From Candidatus Woesearchaeota archaeon (lineage in GTDB: Archaea; Nanobdellota; Nanobdellia; Woesearchaeales; JAHWIC01): 64,000 nt of DNA. Shown piece after piece: positions 46,523 to 54,976 of this stretch (its first letter is position 1; every line of letters starts with the position of its first letter). The notes under the pieces are model-generated. The model was given only the letters and a program-made list of their open reading frames with translations. It was not told the origin of the DNA and searched no databases. The DNA lies in the NCBI GenBank assembly GCA_019322485.1, contig JAHWIK010000015.1:23216-87215 (forward strand), in the 5' to 3' direction. The translations under genes were made by a program, and so were the position numbers.

Positions 46523-46839
46523 TTTTTCTCCCCCATTTTTGTTTTTGTGGTTTTCATAATATATTTTTCGATATATACATCGAATTATCGAAATATTTAA
46601 ATAGGAGCTTATACTATATACTCCTTAGAACGGGTTTAACACTTGCGCCAACAGGTGTTTAAGCTTGTGCACGGCGGTTTGACTATCTTTCGCCAAAAGG
46701 ATTCCAAAAACCGCTTTTTTCAACCAACAAACGTTTTTAATTGAGTTTTTCGCCAAAAAAACCCAATAGACACGATTTCTATTTTATTATACACATATGT
46801 ATACTAGTATTTAAATTTTTCTATTATAGATTATATAAA

Positions 46840-47499
46840 TCAACGTTTGAGCTTTTCCTTAACTTTCTCAGAAATCTTTTCATGCAGTTTCTTTAGGCTT
46901 TTTACTCCTTCTTTTAGGTATATCTCTGTTCTCTTGGACCACCAGCCCCAGGATGAAGGAGGTATATGCTTTCTTGATCCCCATCTGTTCACAAAGAATA
47001 TTGCAAAGGCCCTGTTCTTTGGTGGCGGCTCTGGTTCTTCAGCAGCATAACCCACTGTAATAATAGCCTGAGGTATCACTTCCTCTGGCAGGCCTAAAGC
47101 CCTGCGCATCATGTCTTCATCAAAGGCACTAACCCAGCAGGCACCTAAGCCAAGTGCATGGGCTGCTATTAACATGTTTTCTGCAGCAGCAGCACAATTC
47201 TGTATTGCGTATAAACGCTCGCCTCTGACACCATAGAATCTTTTTACTTTCTCAGGCACTGCTATGATAGCAAAGTGTACTGGCGCTTGAACCATCCATG
47301 TTTGTTGCAAGGCGGCTTCAGCTACCTGTTTCCTTACTGCCTCTTCCCTGATGATTATAAATTTCCAGCTTTGTATATTTCCTGAAGAAGGAGCCAGCCT
47401 TCCGGAATCTAGGATAGTTGCTATCATATCCCAAGGCACTGCCTTATCCTTGTACTTCCTTACAGACCTTCTTGTAATAATACATTCAATTGCATCCAT
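46840..47499 (-). CDS. nitroreductase-family flavoprotein
   Basis: 'IITRRSVRKYKDKAVPWDMIATILDSGRLAPSSGNIQSWKFII'. Confidence 0.7.
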   Translation of the reverse strand: MDAIECIITRRSVRKYKDKAVPWDMIATILDSGRLAPSSGNIQSWKFIIIREEAVRKQVAEAALQQTWMVQAPVHFAIIAVPEKVKRFYGVRGERLYAIQNCAAAAENMLIAAHALGLGACWVSAFDEDMMRRALGLPEEVIPQAIITVGYAAEEPEPPPKNRAFAIFFVNRWGSRKHIPPSSWGWWSKRTEIYLKEGVKSLKKLHEKISEKVKEKLKR

Positions 47500-47541
47500 C
47501 TAACAAGTTTTTTATACTTACTTATATTTATATCTAACGGT

Positions 47542-49299
47542 ATGAAGTATCAAAATCTGGTTAATGTTTATCAAAAACTTGAAGCAACAACAAAGCGCTT
47601 AGAGAAGACCCATATTATCTCTGAGTTTTTGAAAACAATTGAAGCAGAGGATTTACCTAAGGTTATTCTGCTGCTGCAGGGAAAGCTATTTCCAAATTGG
47701 GATCCAAGCAAGATTGGTGTTGCTTCCAGGCTGATTTTGAAGGCTATTGCAATTTCTACTGGAATTGATACGAGCAAGGTTGAGAATAGCTGGAAGCGAA
47801 GCGGTGACCTGGGAAAAACTGCTGAAGAGCTTGTTGTGCTCAAGAAACAGGCAACACTCTTTTCAAAAGAGTTGGATGTAAAGAAGGTCTTTGATAACCT
47901 GAGAAAACTTGCAACCTTGGAAGGAGCAGGCACTGTTGAAAGAAAGATTCAATTAATTGCTGAGTTGCTGACAAGTGCAGAGCCGTTAGAAGCAAGATAT
48001 ATAGTACGGACTGTTTTAGGTGAGCTAAGGGTTGGTGTTGGAGAAGGAAGCTTGCGTGATGCAGTTGTTTGGGCATTCTTTACAGATGAGATAGGCTTTA
48101 CATATAATACTAAAGAAAATAATATTGAGATTGAGAACAGGGATGATTATAACAAGTATGCAAATGCTGTTCAGCAGGCTTACGATTTGACAAATGATTT
48201 TTCTTCTGTTGCTAAGGTTGCTAAGACTGCTGGCATTGATGGCTTGTTGAATATGGAGCTTGAGGTTAACAGGCCTGTTAAGGTTATGCTTGCCATAAAG
48301 GTAAAGGATATTGGTGATGGCTTTGAAAGGGTTGGAAAGCCAGCTGCTGTTGAGTTTAAGTATGACGGCTTTAGGATGCAGATACATAAAGCGCATGATA
48401 AGATAACTATATTTACCCGGCGTTTAGAGGATGTCACAAGACAGTTTCCTGAGGTTGTTAAGTATGTTAAGGATAATGTTAAGGGCAAGGAATTTATTAT
48501 TGATTCTGAGGCTGTTGGTTACGACCCTAAAACAGATAAGTATCTGCCTTTCCAGAGTGTTTCCCAGAGAATAAAAAGAAAGTATGATATTGAGAAGATG
48601 GCTAAGGATTTCCCTGTTGAGCTTAATGTTTTTGATATAATCTATTTTGAGGGAAAGAATCTGATAAAAGAAGGATTTGGCAGAAGACGAGAGGTTCTCT
48701 GGAAGATTGTAAACCAGGTTCCTAAGAGGATAGTTCTTGCAAAGAATCTGATAACCTCTAGTGAGGATGAGGTTAGGGCTTTTTATAATGAATCTTTAGA
48801 GGCTGGCAATGAGGGGATTATGTTTAAGACTCTTGATGCTCCCTACAAGCCTGGTGCTCGTGTTGGCCATATGGTAAAGTTAAAGCCTACAATGGAAACA
48901 CTTGATTTAGTCATAGTTGGTGCTGACTGGGGCGAGGGTAAAAGAGCTTCATGGCTTTCAAGCTTTACAATTGCATGCATTGATGATAATGGAAATTTTC
49001 TTGAGGTTGGAAAGGTTGGCACTGGTATAAAGGAAAAAGAAACTGAAGAAGGGGTAACGTTTAAGCAGCTTACTGAATTGCTTAAGCCTTTGATAATTGC
49101 AGAGAAAGGCAAAGAGGTTAAGATACAGCCGAAGATTGTTATTGAGATAACCTATGAAGAGATACAGAAAAGTCCTACTTATGCTTCTGGTTATGCTTTA
49201 AGGTTTCCTAGGCTGCTTAATATTCGTGAAGACCGTTCTGCTGAGGATATAAGCACTTTAGAGATGGTTGAGGAGTTTTATCTTGGACAGAAGAAATAA
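47542..49299 (+). CDS. lig: ATP-dependent DNA ligase (archaeal/eukaryotic type)
   Basis: Adenylation motif I 'EFKYDGFRMQIHK' (KxDGxR) and OB-fold C-terminus. 585 aa. Confidence 0.85.
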   Translation: MKYQNLVNVYQKLEATTKRLEKTHIISEFLKTIEAEDLPKVILLLQGKLFPNWDPSKIGVASRLILKAIAISTGIDTSKVENSWKRSGDLGKTAEELVVLKKQATLFSKELDVKKVFDNLRKLATLEGAGTVERKIQLIAELLTSAEPLEARYIVRTVLGELRVGVGEGSLRDAVVWAFFTDEIGFTYNTKENNIEIENRDDYNKYANAVQQAYDLTNDFSSVAKVAKTAGIDGLLNMELEVNRPVKVMLAIKVKDIGDGFERVGKPAAVEFKYDGFRMQIHKAHDKITIFTRRLEDVTRQFPEVVKYVKDNVKGKEFIIDSEAVGYDPKTDKYLPFQSVSQRIKRKYDIEKMAKDFPVELNVFDIIYFEGKNLIKEGFGRRREVLWKIVNQVPKRIVLAKNLITSSEDEVRAFYNESLEAGNEGIMFKTLDAPYKPGARVGHMVKLKPTMETLDLVIVGADWGEGKRASWLSSFTIACIDDNGNFLEVGKVGTGIKEKETEEGVTFKQLTELLKPLIIAEKGKEVKIQPKIVIEITYEEIQKSPTYASGYALRFPRLLNIREDRSAEDISTLEMVEEFYLGQKK

Positions 49300-50502
49300 T
49301 TATTTATTCGGAACAAAATACATTATTCCTAATCCTATAACAAAGAATCCCATCAACAGCCATAAAGCTGGCTGGTAGCCTGCTCTGACAACAATAAAAC
49401 CAAACAGTACAGGTCCAATCAAGCCAGAGAATTTCTCTGTTAAACCTTGGAAGCCGAAGAATTGCGCCAACTTGTTCTTTGGGCTTAGGTGTACTAACAT
49501 TGGCCTGTTTAAGGTCCAGATTGCACCTAAGGCTGCTCCGCCAAGGCAGCCAGCTATTATGAATGTAACTACATTGTTAACCTTCATTAATAAGTATATG
49601 ATTCCAATCCAAAGAAACAAAGCAGTAACTATAGATCTCTTTGAGCCGATCTTGTCTCCAAGTTTTCCGAATATTAAAGCACCTAAAGCAGAGGTTAAAG
49701 CCATTCCTGCATAAGCATAAAAGAAATTAACCATACTGATTCCTATTTGCTCGCGGCCGTAAAGATAAAGGAATACAATTGCAGTATTCATTCCGTCTGT
49801 ATATAACAAACAAGCTATTAAGAAAATGAATAAGCTCTTGTGTTTTCTTGCCTCCCTGAAGGTTGATTTAATTGCTGAATAGGCTTTTTTAATCCCTTCT
49901 TTTAGGCTTACTGTTGCTTTTCTTACTTTGTCTTTGACAAGGATGAAGGTGATTATTGAAAAACCTAGGAAGAAAATTGCTGTTGCTGGAAAGATTGATT
50001 TTACTGCTGCTTCTGTTTCCCAGCCAAGCATACTCATTAATATGTATGCCATGACCAGGCTTAGGATTGTTCCAACATAACCCATTGCAACACCATAGCC
50101 AGAGATCTTTGACATATTCTTTTTTGTCGAGATATCTGTTAGTATTGCATCATAGACATCCAGGCATGCATGGAAGGTAAGTGTTGCAAATACTCCAAGA
50201 ATTAAGGCACCATACAATCCAATATAAGGTGTTAATGCTGTTGCAGTAACGCAAAGCAGGGTAAAGAAAATAACATAAGGCATCTTCCTTCCAGTTGAGT
50301 CAGATAAAGCACCAATAAAAGGAACAAATACGCCAGCAAGGAATATTCCAAGGCTTGTTACTAAGCCCACATGGAATTCATTCCCGCCCAAGAAAACCTT
50401 GATTAAAACAGGAAAGAAGAATGTTACATATAAAGCAGAGAAAGCAGTATTTGCTAAGTCATATATTGTCCAGCCAAAGATTTTTTTTGTTAGTTTCTTC
50501 AC
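49300..50502 (-). CDS. major facilitator superfamily transporter
   Basis: About 12 TM helices and the MFS-like loop 'GALSDSTGRK'. Confidence 0.6.
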   Translation of the reverse strand: MKKLTKKIFGWTIYDLANTAFSALYVTFFFPVLIKVFLGGNEFHVGLVTSLGIFLAGVFVPFIGALSDSTGRKMPYVIFFTLLCVTATALTPYIGLYGALILGVFATLTFHACLDVYDAILTDISTKKNMSKISGYGVAMGYVGTILSLVMAYILMSMLGWETEAAVKSIFPATAIFFLGFSIITFILVKDKVRKATVSLKEGIKKAYSAIKSTFREARKHKSLFIFLIACLLYTDGMNTAIVFLYLYGREQIGISMVNFFYAYAGMALTSALGALIFGKLGDKIGSKRSIVTALFLWIGIIYLLMKVNNVVTFIIAGCLGGAALGAIWTLNRPMLVHLSPKNKLAQFFGFQGLTEKFSGLIGPVLFGFIVVRAGYQPALWLLMGFFVIGLGIMYFVPNK

Positions 50503-50619
50503 AAGCTTCTTTCTGATATAATAGTATAAAATCTTTTTGGTTTACTATCTCTATTGTTTACTATTTTGTAGTGGTAAAATTGAAAAGCTTTATATATAAA
50601 AAACCATTTTGGTCCTATT

Positions 50620-52584
50620 ATGGTACCAGATAATGGAGAAAAGGATACTGGTAACTCTACAGAAGGACCTCCAGAGGACACCCAAGGAGAACCTACAGAG
50701 AGCCCTACAGAAGCCTCTACAGAAGAACCTGAAGAAGAAAAGCTTCTAGTAATAAGACCTTTTGATGAGGTTAAGGCGGATTTGATAAGGCTATCTGAAT
50801 CAACGGATGATGCTGAGAAGGAAGTGATTCGTGGTAGGTTACATGAGGACTTCGATTCTGTCTATCCTATGTTAAAGGGACTGCCTCGCGGGGAAGATGC
50901 TACACTTCTTTCCTACCCTGGGCAAGAGAATATGGTTTCTGCTGTGGATATGGTTGCTAAAAAACCCAAAAAGAAATATGTAGATATGGCAAGCCAACAA
51001 CTAGGCAGGCTTTATGAATCGTATCAGGCAGAGGTTCTTCAAGCGAAATGGAATACTGAAGCTGAGAAACTGCAGTCAGCAGTAGCAAACCCACAAGAGA
51101 CAATAACCCATCTAAGAACTTCCCTTTCTTCTCATCTGTCAGGGCTTCATAGAGATGTTCGTGCTTGTACCATCGACCTATTAATAAAATATAGGGACTT
51201 TAAAATAGGGGAAGATCCTGCTCGGGATGAGGAGAGGATCACTGATAGTTTGCTTGACCCTGAAGATGGGTATTACATCTTAGGTTATACCATAAGGATT
51301 TTTGAGGATGTAAGCGCTAGATATAATGATGTCCGGCTTAAGCAACTTGCACTGAATCCAAGTATTGCTGATACAGCCCGTACCTTATTGCAGATAGTTA
51401 ATGAGGCTCGAAAGATAACTGGGGAGGCTGGCCTTAGTTTAGAAATCTCGTGCAGGGAAGAACTTGAAGCTATGCTGGAGAAAGGAGAGCCTTCTCCTGC
51501 TGATTCAGAGAGGATACTTGCCACTAATAACGAAATACTAATACAACTTGGTAATTTCTTGCTTGATGCTGTTCAAGGCACAAGTTTAGAAGGTAAGTTG
51601 GATTATAAGAAACAAGACTTGCCTGAGAGAGAGCAGGCAGATAAACCAAAAGCGCCACGCAGGGAATATAAAAGGTCTGCTCCGAGCAGGGTATTTTCAA
51701 ATGAATCTCACTCTGAACTTGCAGGTCTTATTTGCACGCTTTCTGCTTCAGAGAATAACGAGGAGTGGGCAGAGATGAGGGGGTGTATAAAAGGAATGCT
51801 GAGTGAGGCGTATAGAGCAATAGGGATAACAGAGGCACATGTGAACGAAATACGTTTGACCTATCCTAAAGAGGAGGAGTTATGTTCTTTGGCTGATAAA
51901 ATTCCTGAACAAAAGGAGACAACTTATGAATTAACTGCTAAGGTGAGAGCTCTTTATGAAGCTGGCACTGCTTACACTGCCCTGGCTTTTTGGAAGAGAT
52001 GGGTGGCTTCATTAAAGGAAGAGTTGGCAACTGAATCTATGGTATATGATACCTGGAAAGGTGCTTTATCAACTTATATGAAGCATTGCGCACCTGAATC
52101 TAGGGACGAAGTTAATAAACGTTTGATAGCGCGTAGAAGGTCAGTCATGGGAGAAGAAGAAAGCCAGAAGTATAGTGATGAGGAAATACTTTTAGCAGTA
52201 AATTCCGAGCTGGATGACAGAGGTAGGCCTGATTTAATGTTAGATCATTCTGCAATATTTTTTGAGGTTGCTATAGAAGATTACGCTCGTTTAGCAAATG
52301 ATGTATGTAAGAAATGGAGGGGCACAACTGAGTTTATTGGTGCTATGCTTAGGTTTTGTGGCGGTGTTTCTCCTTTGGCAGGCTCGTTAGGTATAACTGC
52401 AGATGATTCAGACAGCACCAAACTTAAGGAGTCGTATGAAAAAGGGCTGGGCTATGTTATGGAAGATGAGCATGACCCAAAAGATGTTGCTAATACTTTA
52501 GGTACTTCAAAGAATGTATTGAAGCAGTACGGGGAAATTTATATTAAAATTCTTGAGAAGGTTGCTGAAGAGAAACAGAAATAA
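50620..52584 (+). CDS. large acidic cytoplasmic protein of unknown function (654 aa), compositionally atypical, ending 1 nt before a tRNA gene
   Basis: No TM helix. N-terminal Pro/Glu/Thr acidic stretch. Higher GC than neighbours. Confidence 0.5.
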   Translation: MVPDNGEKDTGNSTEGPPEDTQGEPTESPTEASTEEPEEEKLLVIRPFDEVKADLIRLSESTDDAEKEVIRGRLHEDFDSVYPMLKGLPRGEDATLLSYPGQENMVSAVDMVAKKPKKKYVDMASQQLGRLYESYQAEVLQAKWNTEAEKLQSAVANPQETITHLRTSLSSHLSGLHRDVRACTIDLLIKYRDFKIGEDPARDEERITDSLLDPEDGYYILGYTIRIFEDVSARYNDVRLKQLALNPSIADTARTLLQIVNEARKITGEAGLSLEISCREELEAMLEKGEPSPADSERILATNNEILIQLGNFLLDAVQGTSLEGKLDYKKQDLPEREQADKPKAPRREYKRSAPSRVFSNESHSELAGLICTLSASENNEEWAEMRGCIKGMLSEAYRAIGITEAHVNEIRLTYPKEEELCSLADKIPEQKETTYELTAKVRALYEAGTAYTALAFWKRWVASLKEELATESMVYDTWKGALSTYMKHCAPESRDEVNKRLIARRRSVMGEEESQKYSDEEILLAVNSELDDRGRPDLMLDHSAIFFEVAIEDYARLANDVCKKWRGTTEFIGAMLRFCGGVSPLAGSLGITADDSDSTKLKESYEKGLGYVMEDEHDPKDVANTLGTSKNVLKQYGEIYIKILEKVAEEKQK

Positions 52585-52700
52585 TGCCCCTGCCGAGAAT
52601 CGAACTCGGGTCTTCAGGTTTTTGCAAAATTGCCGCAACCTAATATTCTTTTTGGCTATGCCGAACCTTGTTCAGCAAGTATCCACTATACTACAGGGGC
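52585..52700 (-). tRNA. intron-containing tRNA candidate (116 nt; anticodon not resolved)
   Basis: 7-bp acceptor (GCCCCTG/CAGGGGC), discriminator A, 5' 'TAGTATAGTGGATAC' D-region and T-arm 'CCGAGTTCGATTCTCGG'. About 40 extra nucleotides internally, including an AGGTT/AACCT helix. Confidence 0.45.
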
Positions 52701-52712
52701 AATAATTTGTTT

Positions 52713-53264
52713 TTAATCTGACTCTTTTAATAAACCTTTCTTAACTTTGAGGAAGAAATCCTGGTTTTCTTTTAGTTTGTAATCAGCAAAGGTATGGTTA
52801 AATTCAATAATCTCATCACCATTAAATCCCAGAACTTTATGCAAGAATATTCCATCTCCAATCTCTGTTTTAAACGGCCTGTGCTTTAAGCTTGCCATGA
52901 AAACTCCTTCTTCAGAAATATATCCAGGATCAATGTTAACTGTTCTTTTGTTATCAATTCTAAATTTGTCTTCAATCTTTCCGGTTTGGATTCTTATTTT
53001 TGCTAATTCTTCATCATTAATTATTTTTTTAAAAGAAATAAACCTCTTTTTTAGATTCTTTCCAGATTCTTTTTCGTAATAATCGGTAAAAGTAAAATCA
53101 TACTCTCCACTTTCATCATCAATTTCTCCAAATTGATTTTTCAATTCAATAACTGCTTTATCAAGAGCTTCTTTTTCTGAGTACATTACAGCCATTAATA
53201 GTTTCATCTTAACCATTATTTCAATCTTAATAAAAATAAATCTGAAAATTCCTTTCACAATCAC
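52713..53264 (-). CDS. hypothetical protein (probable start at the internal Met 'MKLLMAV')
   Basis: ORF only; no recognisable motif. Confidence 0.4.
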   Translation of the reverse strand: MIVKGIFRFIFIKIEIMVKMKLLMAVMYSEKEALDKAVIELKNQFGEIDDESGEYDFTFTDYYEKESGKNLKKRFISFKKIINDEELAKIRIQTGKIEDKFRIDNKRTVNIDPGYISEEGVFMASLKHRPFKTEIGDGIFLHKVLGFNGDEIIEFNHTFADYKLKENQDFFLKVKKGLLKESD

Positions 53265-53375
53265 TATAAAGGAATTTTCATCTGCTTAATTTACTTCATG
53301 ACATATGATGAGTTTTGCTTTAAAGGATGGAAGAAGGCAAAACTCAGATTTATTTCTTTTTATTGATTATTTTTC

Positions 53376-54944
53376 TCATTGATTCCAATCTTTAAGACTA
53401 ATCTGTCCTTTTCTCTTGCGTTCAGGAACTTTTGATTTATCTATGTCCTCGCCAACCTGCTTCTTGACGTCAATCGCAACCTTTTTCCCAAGTATTTGGA
53501 CTAGTTTTGTGATGTCAGCTTTCTTCACACCTGAAACATCCTTAATCTTGTTTCTGAATAAAGCTCTTGCACGCACTCTTCCAACATTCTTTATCCTAAG
53601 CAGAGGCAGCAGCTCTTCCTTAACACCATACTTAAGCCTTAACCTAAGCTTTATTATCTCGCTTATCAAAGATTTCAGCTTAAGAATCCTGCACAGCTCT
53701 TCTGCTGCATAAAGAAGCCAGTCCGCATTATCCACTTTAACCCGCAATTCACCAGGCCTTACATTAAACTCTTCAAGAATAAATTCCTCATCCTTTTCAT
53801 CTATCCAGTTCTGCATGAATAAGGCAGTCTTAACTGAGCTGAGAAAATCCTCATATTCTGGGTCATACATAGATGGAATCTCTTCCAGTATAGAGTCATG
53901 GTATGTCACCAAAGCTTCTTCTATTTTCTCGTATTCCTTTACCCTTACCTTGAGCAGGGGCCTTATTTCTAGTGTGTGCGATACCATCTGCAGGAATGAA
54001 AATGCTTCTGTCCTGTTATGGGCCTTTTTTAGACATTCAATAAAGAAATGCGCTGTCAGAGGGTCAATATAAAGCTCAGCAACCCTTTTTCCTAGGATTG
54101 TTGCCTTGTACTTTTCATTTCCAAATTCATCAGCTGTTTGGAAGTCAGCACTTTTGCTTGTGGATGTTAAGAATCCCCAGTCCTCAAGCAGGGTCAGCAT
54201 CCTCATGATAATCTCTTCAAGCTTTTCCATATCCTTGAACTGATAAGCCCAGAATGTTTTTTCAAAAAAATCAAGAATGCTTTTCTTGTCATTGATAAAG
54301 TTAGCAGCAATCAATGACAGCAGATAAGTCCTGAGAACAGGCTCGACTGCAAGCTTTGAATAGATGTCTTCCGGCTCTCCCAGGATATATTTCTCATGAA
54401 TCTTTTTTTTCTCAGGCTTTGTTGCAGCTATTGCTATTGCCTGGCCTTCCTTGTCATAATTAGGACGGCCGGCACGGCCAGCCATCTGCAGATATTCTAG
54501 GACAGGGATAAACTGCATTCCACGATGACCGTAACGCCTTAAATCCTTGAGGATAGCCCTGAATGCAGGCAAATCAACTCCTAAGGCGAGTGTTGGTGTG
54601 GCACAGATAATCTTTATTGTTCTGTCCCTGAAAGAATTCTCAATTAATTCTTTTTGCTTATGGGTTAAGCCTGCGTGATGGAATGCAATGCCTTTCTTGA
54701 CGCATGAAGCCAGCCTTTCACACTGCCTTGTTGGCCTTGAAAGAACTTTTAGTACAGCTTCAGAAAGTTCTTGAAGTTTTTTATCACTTATTTTGGCTTT
54801 TTTAGAAATCTCTTCTGCAGTTTTTTCAGCAGAGCGCTTTGTATTCACGAATACAATCGCCTGTTTATTTTTATTTATAGTATCTAATGCAAGGTTTATT
54901 GTTGCATCATCAGCATTCCCGCTAATCTTTACTGTTTTATCCAT
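53376..54944 (-). CDS. Hel308/Ski2-like helicase, C-terminal portion only (RecA2, winged-helix, ratchet and HhH domains); the N-terminal RecA1 ATPase domain is missing.
   Basis: 'IVFVNTKRSAEKTA', 'FHHAGLTHKQKELIENSFRDRTIKIICATPTLALGVDLPA' and 'QMAGRAGRPNYD' are helicase motifs IV-VI. There are no Walker A or DEAH motifs. Only 33 nt separate it from the upstream gene. Confidence 0.6.
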   Translation of the reverse strand: MDKTVKISGNADDATINLALDTINKNKQAIVFVNTKRSAEKTAEEISKKAKISDKKLQELSEAVLKVLSRPTRQCERLASCVKKGIAFHHAGLTHKQKELIENSFRDRTIKIICATPTLALGVDLPAFRAILKDLRRYGHRGMQFIPVLEYLQMAGRAGRPNYDKEGQAIAIAATKPEKKKIHEKYILGEPEDIYSKLAVEPVLRTYLLSLIAANFINDKKSILDFFEKTFWAYQFKDMEKLEEIIMRMLTLLEDWGFLTSTSKSADFQTADEFGNEKYKATILGKRVAELYIDPLTAHFFIECLKKAHNRTEAFSFLQMVSHTLEIRPLLKVRVKEYEKIEEALVTYHDSILEEIPSMYDPEYEDFLSSVKTALFMQNWIDEKDEEFILEEFNVRPGELRVKVDNADWLLYAAEELCRILKLKSLISEIIKLRLRLKYGVKEELLPLLRIKNVGRVRARALFRNKIKDVSGVKKADITKLVQILGKKVAIDVKKQVGEDIDKSKVPERKRKGQISLKDWNQ

Positions 54945-54976
54945 GAAAAAACAAGAAGAAATACGAATATAAATAG

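Noticed and set aside
46523-46839. AT-rich 317-bp intergenic region upstream of ftsZ with 'tttcgccaaaa' direct repeats; considered as an ncRNA or tRNA
   Set aside because: No acceptor/T-arm or other RNA signature could be folded. It is most simply the ftsZ promoter/UTR region with short repeats, although a regulatory role is possible.
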